A stretch of 64,000 nucleotides of DNA from Pelagomonas calceolata. Lineage: Eukaryota. This document shows, piece by piece, positions 46,301 through 58,300 of this stretch. The notes under the pieces are model-generated. The model did not search any database. It was not told where the DNA came from and saw only the letters and a list, made by a program, of their open reading frames with translations. The stretch is taken from NCBI GenBank assembly GCA_918797485.1, contig CAKKNE010000001.1, positions 2,604,001 to 2,668,000 of the forward strand. Reading direction: 5' to 3'. Both the position numbers and the translations under genes were made by a program. How positions within the stretch are numbered: position 1 is the stretch's first letter; each line of letters begins with the position of its first letter.

Positions 46301-49300
46301 AGCACAACGCCGCCGCCGCGGCCCGCGGTGCTCGCGCCGCTCCCGACGCAGATGGCGCCGGAGTTGCCGCCCCTGCTCGACCCGGAGCTAAACACGAGCC
46401 GACCGCTCGTCCCAGCGCCGCCGCCGTTTGCCGACGCCACGCTGACGGACCCGCTGCTCGTCTGCGTGCCCTCGCCGCTGCCGACCACCACGGCGCCGCC
46501 GCTCGCTGCCGTCGTGGCGCCGCCCTGCACCAGCACCATACCTCCGGATCCGCTCGTCCCGCTCCCCGCGCTCGCGACGACCGCGCCGCCGCGACCGCCG
46601 GTCGCCGCGCCGCTGCCGAGCAGCACCGCGCCGCTGTTTCCGCCGGCCGCGCTTCCCGAGCTAAACACGAGACGCCCGCTAGCCCCCGCCGACCCGCCAT
46701 TGCTCGATCGGATCGCACAAGCGCCGCTGCTTGTTGCGGTGCCTTCGCCGCTCTTGATACGGACGGCGCCGCCACTCGCGACGGTGCTGCGACCGGATGC
46801 CATCGAGGCCGCACCCCCAGATCCGCTCGTCCCGCTTCCGACCGACATCACAATGGCACCAGCACGTCCCCAGTGGCGCGCCCGTGCCCACGGTCAGACT
46901 CCCACTGTTCCCAGATACCGCAGACCCAGAACTAACGCGGCGACCCGCTCGCGCCCGACGTTCCGCCATTCGCAGAGCCGACGACAACAGCGCCGCTGCT
47001 CGTCTCTGTGCCCTCCCCGCCGCGAACGTGACGCGCCTGCCGGTCCTCGACGTGCTGCGGCCAGCTCCAAAATACGCAGCGCCGCCAGATCCGCTCGTCC
47101 GCTGCCCGCGCTGACGCTCACCGCCCCACCGCGACCGCCAGACGCCGCTCGGGCCGATCGAGATACCGCCGCCGTTCCCACTCTTGGCCGAGCCCGAGCT
47201 GAACGCCAGCAGCCCGCTCGCGCCGGACGCACCGCCGTTGGCACTCGCGACGACCACCGCGCCCGAGCTCTTCTCCGTCCCTTCGCCAGCGCAGACCGCA
47301 ACGTGACCTCCCGTCGCCGCCGCGCTTCTGCCGGACGCAAACGACAACGCCCCACCGGCGCTGCTCGTCCCGCTGCCGACCGCGACGCTCACGTCGCCGC
47401 CCCGCCCGCTCGTCGCCGGCCCGGACCCTATCGTGACGGTCCCGCTGTTGCCCGCCGACGAGCTTCCGGAGCTGAACGCCAGGCGGCCGCTCGCTCCCGA
47501 CGCGCCGCCGTTCGCGGCGCGGACGGCGACGATTCCGCTGCTCGTCTGCGTGCCCTCTCCGGATGCGACGCCGAGTCCTCCGCCAGTCGCGACAGTACTG
47601 CGCCCAGACTGGAGACTCAATGCGCCACCGGCGCCGCTCGTTCCGCTTCCCGCGCTGATCCCAACGCCACCAGATCGGCCCGCCGTCGCGGCGCCAGATC
47701 CAACTAGAAGCAGCCCGCTGTTCCCCCCCTTAGACGAGCCGGAGCTGAACGCCAGCTGACCGCTCGCGCCCGCCGCGCCGCCGTTCGCCGTACGAATCAA
47801 TATCGCCCCGCCGCTCTTCTGCGTGCCCTCGCCACTTTCCGCCGACAGGCACCCCCCACTCGCGCCGGCGCTGCGCCCAGAGGCCAGCGACACCAGGCCA
47901 CCGGATCCGCTCGTGCCGCTTCCGACGCGCACGCGCACCGCGCCCCCGCTTCCGCCGGTCGAGGCTCCAGATCCGAGGTCCAGCGCGCCGCTGTTTCCAT
48001 CCGCCGACGAGCCGGAGCTGAACGCGAGCCGTCCGCTCGAGCCGACGACGCCGCCGTTCGCGGACCGCAGCGAGATTCCGCCGCTGCTCGACGCCGTGCC
48101 CTCCCCTCCGGCTATAGCCGCGGTCCCTCCGGACGCCGACGTGCTACGACCAGACTGGAGGCGCACCGAGCCGCCAGTGCCGCTCGTCCCGCTCCCCGCG
48201 CTCACGACGACCGCGCCGCCGCGACCGCCGGTCGCCGCGCCGCTGCCGAGCAGCACCGCGCCGCTGTTGCCTCCCGAGGCAGACCGAGCTAAATGCCAAC
48301 GAGCCGCTCGACCCAGAGACGCCAGAGTTGCTTGTCTGGATAACCACGCCGCCGCTGCTCGTTTGCGTACCTTCGCCGCCGCCGACCACCACGGCACCGC
48401 CCGTCTTTGCCGTGCTTCGCCCGCCGGCGAGACTCATCGCGCCGCCGGCGCCGCTCGTCCCGCTGCCGACGCTCAGCACAACGCCGCCGCCGCGGCCCGC
48501 GGTGCTCGCGCCGCTCCCGACGCAGATGGCGCCGGAGTTGCCGCCCCTGCTCGACCCGGAGCTAAACACGAGCCGACCGCTCGTCCCAGCGCCGCCGCCG
48601 CCGTTTGCCGACGCCACGCTGACGGACCCGCTGCTCGTCTGCGTGCCCTCGCCGCTGCCGACCACCACGGCGCCGCCGCTCGCTGCCGTCGTGGCGCCGC
48701 CCTGCACCAGCACCATACCTCCGGATCCGCTCGTCCCGCTCCCAGCGCTCGCGACGACCGCGCCCCGCGACCGCCGGTCGCCGCGCCCAGCCAATCAAGA
48801 TGGACCCGCTATTCCCCGCGTTCGCCGTCCCGGAGCTAAACGCCAGCAGCCCGCTCGAGCCCGATGCCCCTCCGTTTGCGCTTCCAACGCGCGCGCGCCG
48901 CTGCTCGTCTGCGTGCCCTCGCCGCTGGTCGCGAAGCGTCCCGCCGGTCGCCGCGGTGCTCCGACCCGCGGCTGCGCTCAGCCTGCCGCCGGATCCGCTC
49001 GTCCCGCTCCCCGCGCTCACGACGACCGCGCCGCCGCGACCGCCGGTCGCTGCGCCGCTGCCGAGCAGCACCGCGCCGCTGTTTCCGCCGGCCGCGCTTC
49101 CCGAGCTAAACACGAGACGCCCGCTAGCCCCCGCCGACCCGCCATTGCTCGATCGGATCGCACAAGCGCCGCTGCTTGTTGCGGTGCCTTCGCCGCTCTT
49201 GATACGGACGGCGCCGCCACTCGCGACGGTGCTGCGACCGGATGCCATCGAGGCCGCACCCCCAGATCCGCTCGTCCCGCTTCCGACCGACATCACAATG

Positions 49301-52300
49301 GCACCAGCACGTCCCCCAGTGGCCGCGCCCGTGCCCACGGTCAGACTCCCACTGTTCCCAGATACCGCAGACCCAGAACTAAACGCGAGCGACCCGCTCG
49401 CGCCCGACGTTCCGCCATTCGCAGAGCCGACGACAACAGCGCCGCTGCTCGTCGCGGTGCCCTCCCCGGCCGCGAACGTGACGCTCCCGCCGGTCCTCGA
49501 CGTGCTGCGGCCAGCTCCAAAATACGCAGCGCCGCCAGATCCGCTCGTCCCGCTGCCCGCGCTGACGCTCACCGCCCCACCGCGACCGCCAGACGCCGCT
49601 CCGGAGCCGATCGAGATACCGCCGCCGTTCCCACTCTTGGCCGAGCCCGAGCTGAACGCCAGCAGCCCGCTCGCGCCGGACGCACCGCCGTTGGCACTCG
49701 CGACGACCACCGCGCCCGAGCTCTTCTCCGTCCCTTCGCCAGCGCAGACCGCAACGTGACCTCCCGTCGCCGCCGCGCTTCTGCCGGACGCAAACGACAA
49801 CGCCCCACCGGCGCTGCTCGTCCCGCTGCCGACCGCGACGCTCACGTCGCCGCCCCGCCCGCTCGTCGCCGGCCCGGACCCTATCGTGACGGTCCCGCTG
49901 TTGCCCGCCGACGAGCTTCCGGAGCTGAACGCCAGGCGGCCGCTCGCTCCCGACGCGCCGCCGTTCGCGGCGCGGACGGCGACGATTCCGCTGCTCGTCT
50001 GCGTGCCCTCTCCGGATGCGACGCCGAGTCCTCCGCCAGTCGCGACAGTACTGCGCCCAGACTGGAGACTCAATGCGCCACCGGCGCCGCTCGTTCCGCT
50101 TCCCGCGCTGATCCCAACGCCACCAGATCGGCCCGCCCGCGGCGCCAGATCCAACTAGAAGCAGCCCGCTGTTCCCCCCCTTAGACGAGCCGGAGCTGAA
50201 CGCCAGCTGACCGCTCGCGCCCGCCGCGCCGCCGTTCGCCGTACGAATCAATATCGCCCCGCCGCTCTTCTGCGTGCCCTCGCCACTTTCCGCCGACAGG
50301 CACCCCCCACTCGCGCCGGCGCTGCGCCCAGAGGCCAGCGACACCAGGCCACTGGATCCGCTCGTGCCGCTTCCGACGCGCACGCGCACCGCGCCCCCGC
50401 TTCCGCCGGTCGAGGCTCCAGATCCGAGGTCCAGCGCGCCGCTGTTTCCATCCGCCGACGAGCCGGAGCTGAACGCGAGCCGTCCGCTCGAGCCGACGAC
50501 GCCGCCGTTCGCGGACCGCAGCGAGATTCCGCCGCTGCTCGACGCCGTGCCCTCCCCTCCGGCTATAGCCGCGGTCCCTCCGGACGCCGACGTGCTACGA
50601 CCAGACTGGAGGCGCACCGAGCCGCCAGTGCCGCTCGTCCCGCTCCCCGCGCTCACGACGACCGCGCCGCCGCGACCGCCGGTCGCCGCGCCGCTGCCGA
50701 GCAGCACCGCGCCGCTGTTGCCTCCCGAGGCAGACCCGGAGCTAAATGCCAACGAGCCGCTCGACCCAGAGACGCCAGAGTTGCTTGTCTGGATAACCAC
50801 GCCGCCGCTGCTCGTTTGCGTACCTTCGCCGCCGCCGACCACCACGGCGCCGCCCGTCTTTGCCGTGCTTCGCCCGCCGGCGAGACTCATCGCGCCGCCG
50901 GCGCCGCTCGTCCCGCTGCCGACGCTCAGCACAACGCCGCCGCCGCGGCCCGCGGTGCTCGCGCCGCTCCCGACGCAGATGGCGCCGGAGTTGCCGCCCC
51001 TGCTCGACCCGGAGCTAAACACGAGCCGACCGCTCGTCCCAGCGCCGCCGCCGTTTGCCGACGCCACGCTGACGGACCCGCTGCTCGTCTGCGTGCCCTC
51101 GCCGCTGCCGACCACCACGGCGCCGCCGCTCGCTGCCGTCGTGGCGCCGCCCTGCACCAGCACCATACCTCCGGATCCGCTCGTCCCGCTCCCCGCGCTC
51201 GCGACGACCGCGCCGCCGCGACCGCCGGTCGCCGCGCCGCTGCCGAGCAGCACCGCGCCGCTGTTTCCGCCGGCCGCGCTTCCCGAGCTAAACACGAGAC
51301 GCCCGCTAGCCCCCGCCGACCCGCCATTGCTCGATCGGATCGCACAAGCGCCGCTGCTTGTTGCGGTGCCTTCGCCGCTCTTGATACGGACGGCGCCGCC
51401 ACTCGCGACGGTGCTGCGACCGGATGCCATCGAGGCCGCACCCCCAGATCCGCTCGTCCCGCTTCCGACCGACATCACAATGGCACCAGCACGTCCCCCA
51501 GTGGCCGCGCCCGTGCCCACGGTCAGACTCCCACTGTTCCCAGATACCGCAGACCCAGAACTAAACGCGAGCGACCCGCTCGCGCCCGACGTCCGCCATT
51601 CGCAGAGCCGCGACAACAGCGCCGCTGCTCGTCGCTGTGCCCTCCCCGGCCGCGAACGTGACGCTCCCGCCGGTCCTCGACGTGCTGCGGCCAGCTCCAA
51701 AATACGCAGCGCCGCCAGATCCGCTCGTCCCGCTGCCCGCGCTGACGCTCACCGCCCCACCGCGACCGCCAGACGCCGCTCCGGAGCCGATCGAGATACC
51801 GCCGCCGTTCCCACTCTTGGCCGAGCCGAGCTGAACGCCAGCAGCCCGCTCGCGCGGACGCACCGCCGTTGGCACTCGCGGCGACCACCGCGCCCGAGCT
51901 CTTTCTCCGTCCCTTCGCCAGCGCAGACCGCCGCGTGACCTCCGTCGCCGCCGCGCTTCTGCCGGACGCAAACGACAACGCCCCACCGGCGCTGCTCGTC
52001 CCGCTGCCGACCGCGACGCTCACGTCGCCGCCCGCCCCCTTCGTCGCCCGGCCCGGACCCTATCGTGACGGTCCCGCTGTTGCCCGCCGACGAGCTTCCG
52101 GAGCTGAACGCCAGGCGGCCGCTCGCTCCCGACGCGCCGCCGTTCGCGGCGCGGACGGCGACGATTCCGCTGCTCGTCTGCGTGCCCTCTCCGGATGCGA
52201 CGCCGAGTCCTCCGCCAGTCGCGACAGTACTGCGCCCAGACTGGAGACTCAATGCGCCACCGGCGCCGCTCGTTCCGCTTCCCGCGCTGATCCCAACGCC

Positions 52301-55300
52301 ACCAGATCGGCCCGCCGTCGCGGCGCCAGATCCAACGAGAAGCAGCCCGCTGTTCCCCCTTAGACGAGCGGAGCTGAACGCCAGCTGACCGCTCGCGCCC
52401 GCCGCGCCGCCGTTCGCCGTACGAATCAATATCGCCCCGCCGCTCTTCTGCGTGCCCTCGCCACTTTCCGCCGACAGGCACCCCACTCGCGCCGGCGCTG
52501 CGCCCAGAGGCCAGCGACACCAGGCCACCGGATCCGCTCGTGCCGCTTCCGACGCGCACGCGCACCGCGCCCCGCTTCCGCCGGTCGAGGCTCCAGATCC
52601 GAGGTCCAGCGCGCCGCTGTTTCCATCCGCCCGACGAGCCGGGCTGAACGCGAGCCGTCCGCTCGAGCCGACGACGCCGCCGTTCGCGGACCGCAGCGAG
52701 ATTCCGCCGCTGCTCGACGCCGTGCCCTCCCCTCCGGCTATAGCCGCGGTCCCTCCGGACGCCGACGTGCTACGACCAGACTGGAGGCGCACCGAGCCGC
52801 CAGTGCCGCTCGTCCCGCTCCCCGCGCTCACGACGACCGCGCCGCCGCGACCGCCGGTCGCCGCGCCGCTGCCGAGCAGCACCGCGCCGCTGTTGCCTCC
52901 CGAGGCAGACCCGGAGCTAAATGTCAACGAGCCGCTCGACCCAGAGACGCCAGAGTTGCTTGTCTGGATAACCACGCCGCCGCTGCTCGTTTGCGTACCT
53001 TCGCCGCCGCCGACCACCACGGCGCCGCCCGTCTTTGCCGTGCTTCGCCCGCCGGCGAGACTCATCGCGCCGCCGGCGCCGCTCGTCCCGCTGCCGACGC
53101 TCAGCACAACGCCGCCGCCGCGGCCCGCGGTGCTCGCGCCGCTCCCGACGCAGATGGCGCCGGAGTTGCCGCCCCTGCTCGACCCGGAGCTAAACACGAG
53201 CCGACCGCTCGTCCCAGCGCCGCCGCCGTTTGCCGACGCCACGCTGACGGACCCGCTGCTCGTCTGCGTGCCCTCGCCGCTGCCGACCACCACGGCGCCG
53301 CCGCACTTGCATAATGATCTGCCTGACTGAATCTGCATATTTCCCCCTGACGCGCTTGTGCCACTTCCAACAGTTAACTTTACAATGCCACCTTGTCCAC
53401 GAGAAGCAACACCGGAACCAATGGAAATACTTCCACTGTTACCGCCCATGGCAGTACCAGAACTGAACGTAATTCTTCCGCTGCTTCCTGCTTCGCCGCT
53501 GTTTGAACTTCTCAACAACAGAGCACCGCTACTAGAAGCAGTTCCTTCGCCACCTGCTACAACAAGCTGACCGCCAGTCAAGGCAGAGCTTGCACCCGAG
53601 TGAAAGCAGCAATCCCCCCCTGTGCCGCTTGAGCCACTACCAACAGAAATATGTACCCGTCCGCCGCGACCGCCGGTCGCCGCGCCCGAGCCAATCAAGA
53701 TGGACCCGCTATTCCCCGCGTTCGCCGTCCCGGAGCTAAACGCCAGCAGCCCGCTCGAGCCCGATGCCCCTCCGTTTGCGCTTCCAACGCGCACCGCGCC
53801 GCTGCTCGTCTGCGTGCCCTCGCCGCTGGTCGCGACGAGCGTCCCGCCGGTCGCCGCGGTGCTCCGACCCGCGGCTGCGCTCAGCCTGCCGCCGGATCCG
53901 CTCGTCCCGCTCCCCGCGCTCACGACGACCGCGCCGCCGCGACCGCCGGTCGCTGCGCCGCTGCCGAGCAGCACCGCGCCGCTGTTTCCGCCGGCCGCGC
54001 TTCCCGAGCTAAACACGAGACGCCCGCTAGCCCCCGCCGACCCGCCATTGCTCGATCGGATCGCACAAGCGCCGCTGCTTGTTGCGGTGCCTTCGCCGCT
54101 CTTGATACGGACGGCGCCGCCACTCGCGACGGTGCTGCGACCGGATGCCATCGAGGCCGCACCCCCAGATCCGCTCGTCCCGCTTCCGACCGACATCACA
54201 ATGGCACCAGCACGTCCCCCAGTGGCCGCGCCCGTGCCCACGGTCAGACTCCCACTGTTCCCAGATACCGCAGACCCAGAACTAAACGCGAGCGACCCGC
54301 TCGCGCCCGACGTTCCGCCATTCGCAGAGCCGACGACAACAGCGCCGCTGCTCGTCGCGGTGCCCTCCCCGGCCGCGAACGTGACGCTCCCGCCGGTCCT
54401 CGACGTGCTGCGGCCAGCTCCAAAATACGCAGCGCCGCCAGATCCGCTCGTCCGCTGCCCGCGCTGGCGCTCACCGCCCCACCGCGACCGCCAGACGCCG
54501 CTCGGAGCCAATCGAGATACCGCCGCCGTTCCCACTCTTGGCCGAGCCGAGCTGAACGCCAGCAGCCCGCTCGCGCGGGACGCACCGCCGTTGGCACTCG
54601 CGGCGACCACCGCGCCCGAGCTAGCTTCTCCGTCCCTTCGCCAGCGCAGACCGCAACGTGACCTCCCGTCGCCGCCGCGCTTCTGCCGGACGCAAACGAC
54701 AACGCCCCACCGGCGCTGCTCGTCCCGCTGCCGACCGCGACGCTCACGTCGCCGCCCCGCCCGCTCGTCGCCGGCCCGGACCCTATCGTGACGGTCCCGC
54801 TGTTGCCCGCCGACGAGCTTCCGGAGCTGAACGCCAGGCGGCCGCTCGCTCCCGACGCGCCGCCGTTCGCGGCGCGGACGGCGACGATTCCGCTGCTCGT
54901 CTGCGTGCCCTCTCCGGATGCGACGCCGAGTCCTCCGCCAGTCGCGACAGTACTGCGCCCAGACTGGAGACTCAATGCGCCACCGGCGCCGCTCGTTCCG
55001 CTTCCCGCGCTGATCCCAACGCCACCAGATCGGCCCGCCGTCGCGGCGCCAGATCCAACTAGAAGCAGCCCGCTGTTCCCCCTTAGACGAGCGGAGCTGA
55101 ACGCCAGCTGACCGCTCGCGCCCGCCGCGCCGCCGTTCGCCGTACGAATCAATATCGCCCCGCCGCTCTTCTGCGTGCCCTCGCCACTTTCCGCCGACAG
55201 GCACCCCCCACTCGCGCCGGCGCTGCGCCCAGAGGCCAGCGACACCAGGCCACCGGATCCGCTCGTGCCGCTTCCGACGCGCACGCGCACCGCGCCCCCG

Positions 55301-58300
55301 CTTCCGCCGGTCGAGGCTCCAGATCCGAGGTCCAGCGCGCCGCTGTTTCCATCCGCCGACGAGCGGGCTGACGCGAGCCGTCCGCTCGAGCCGACGACGC
55401 CGCCGTTCGCGGACCGCAGCGAGATTCCGCCGCTGCTCGACGCCGTGCCCTCCCCTCCGGCTATAGCCGCGGTCCCTCCGGACGCCGACGTGCTACGACC
55501 AGACTGGAGGCGCACCGAGCCGCCAGTGCCGCTCGTCCCGCTCCCCGCGCTCACGACGACCGCGCCGCCGCGACCGCCGGTCGCCGCGCCGCTGCCGAGC
55601 AGCACCGCGCCGCTGTTGCCTCCCGAGGCAGACCCGGAGCTAAATGTCAACGAGCCGCTCGACCCAGAGACGCCAGAGTTGCTTGTCTGGATAACCACGC
55701 CGCCGCTGCTCGTTTGCGTACCTTCGCCGCCGCCGACCACCACGGCGCCGCCCGTCTTTGCCGTGCTTCGCCCACCGGCGAGACTCATCGCGCCGCCGGC
55801 GCCGCTCGTCCCGCTGCCGACGCTCAGCACAACGCCGCCGCCGCGGCCCGCGGTGCTCGCGCCGCTCCCGACGCAGATGGCGCCGGAGTTGCCGCCCCTG
55901 CTCGACCCGGAGCTAAACACGAGCCGACCGCTCGTCCCAGCGCCGCCGCCGTTTGCCGACGCCACGCTGACGGACCCGCTGCTCGTCTGCGTGCCCTCGC
56001 CGCTGCCGACCACCACGGCGCCGCCGCTCGCTGCCGTCGCGCGTCCGGACTGCACCTGAAGAACGCCCCCTGATCCACTTGTCCCACTGCCGATGTGCAA
56101 GTGTAAAGCCCCACCTCGTCCATCAGTAGCAGCACCAGTTCCAACTAGAAGGCTGCCGCTATTTCCACCCCTGCTTGACCCAGAACTGAAGATAAGCAAC
56201 CCGCTCGACCCATCTTCCCCGCTGTTGGTTGAGCAGAGAGTTATACTCCCGCTAGTGGAGCTGGTTCCCTCTCCTGAGCATATTGAAACCTGCCCGCCAC
56301 TTGACATCGTGCTTCGACCAGCATTCAAATTTAAGCTTCCACCCGCACCGCTCGTACCACGCCCAACATGTATGCCTACCAATCCACCTGCGCCACCACT
56401 CGAATAACCAGATCCAATTAAAACAGTGCCCGAATTACCAGACTTTGAGCTTCCCGAACTGAAGATGAGTCTGCCACTCGATCCAGCAATTCCACTATTG
56501 ACAGTCACAAGCGTGACCATCCCGCTGCTGGAACCCGTACCCTCCCCGCTACACACAACTACTCTGCCGCCGGTGTGTCTCGTTCCCCTGCCCGCCTGCA
56601 TTGCCAGGATACCACCTTCGCCACTCGTGCCACTTCCTACATGTAGCGAGATAGAACCGCCGCGACCAAATGTAGCTGGTCCGGTTCCAAAAGTCAAAGT
56701 GCCGCTATTGCCAGACGAAGAGGAGCCTGTGCTAAATAGGAGGTGGCCACTTGTTCCTAAGTCGCCACTATTGGCGGTAGACACTCTTATTGTGCCGCTG
56801 CTTGACGCTGTTCCCTCTCCGCTGTTCATGTAAATTGCTCCGCCGGTTCCTGCAACACTGCGGCCTGCCATAAGTTTAATGCAGCCCCCAGCTGAACTTG
56901 CGCCACTCCCTACTGTCATCATTATTGCCCCTCCAACACCACCCGTCGCTGATCCAGATCCAAGCAAAATTGACCCTGTGTTTCCGCCAGACGATGATCC
57001 AGTGCTGAAAATCAGTACCCCACTTGAGCCAGCAACGCCACCATTTCCGCTGAGAATAGTAACACTGCCGCTAGAGGTGGCAGTTCCTTCCCCTGTGAAG
57101 ATGCACACGGCGCCTCCAGTCCTTGAGGTGGATCTGCCACCAATTAAAATCATGCCACCGCCCCTTCCACTCGTGCCAGAGCCCAGGGCGACATTCAACA
57201 GTCCTGCCCGTCCGCACGAGGACGCACCAGTTCCAATAAGAACAGCCCCAGAATTTCCCCGTTTTGCTGTCCCACTGCTGAAAACTAGCTTGCCACTCCC
57301 ACCAGATGCACCGGTGTTGGGTGTGATTACAGTTATGGAGCCGCTGCTTGTCTGGGCACCTTGTCCACTTTGCAACGACATTAGACCACCTGTTGCCATG
57401 CCAAAACCTGCTGCCGCTCGCAACATACCCCCCTCTCCACTTGTCCCCGCACCAACCGTGATGAAAATAGCCCCACCGCTCCCACCCAAGGCACTACCGG
57501 TACCCATACTCAGAGCACCACTATTCCCCTCTTTGGCAGACCCAGAGCTAAAAACCAATTTCCCACTGACACCTGTGAGTCCGGAGTTTGCGGACCCAAA
57601 ATGGATTAAACCACTACTAGAAGCAGTGCCCTCACCAGATAGGGCGACAATAGCACCTCCCGTACAATGATTGCTCGAACCGGCCAAGAGCTCCACTTGA
57701 CCTCCCGAGCCGCTTGTGCCGCTACCAGCAGTCATGATTAAGCCACCTGCACGACCACCAGACGAAGCACCTGTTCCTAGCGATATTGCTCCACTATTTC
57801 CTCCGCATGCGGTTCCGGAGCTAAATATGAGCCGTCCACTACCTCCTCCGGTGCCGCTATTACTTGTTCTAGTAACTACAGTTCCACTGCTGGTTTGCTT
57901 ACCTTCGCCACTCGTAATTGTAATTAAACCTCCGCTGGCAAGCATGGATAGACCCGATTGAAGGATAAGCCTACCACCAGATCCGCTTGTTCCACTGCCG
58001 ACGCTACATATCAAATCGCCCGCTCGGCCATTACTTGCCGACCCAGACCCTAGAAGGAGTTGGCCACTATTTCCAGACTTAGAAGTGCCAGAGCTAAACA
58101 CAAGTGATCCGCTTGTGCCACTAATGCCGCCATTGGAACTCGTGATGATTATACTGCCACTGCTAGTGGCGGTGCCCTCGCCGCTTTGTACCGCAAACTC
58201 GCCGCCTGTCTTAGCACATCCACGGCCAGACAACATGCAAACAGCACCTCCCGATCCACTGGTGCCACTGCCTGTGCTCAGTATAATTTCACCACCTCGG

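Noticed and set aside
6400..55400. Dozens of separate minus-strand genes suggested by the ORF track
   Set aside because: Their starts are internal GTG/ATG codons, and their ends run into Arg-rich out-of-frame text after single-base indels. They are fragments of one repeat-encoding frame.
6403..56039. CRISPR array or non-coding satellite
   Set aside because: There is no repeat-spacer structure. Units are multiples of 273 bp, in coding register with the flanking unique ORF, and carry mostly synonymous variants.
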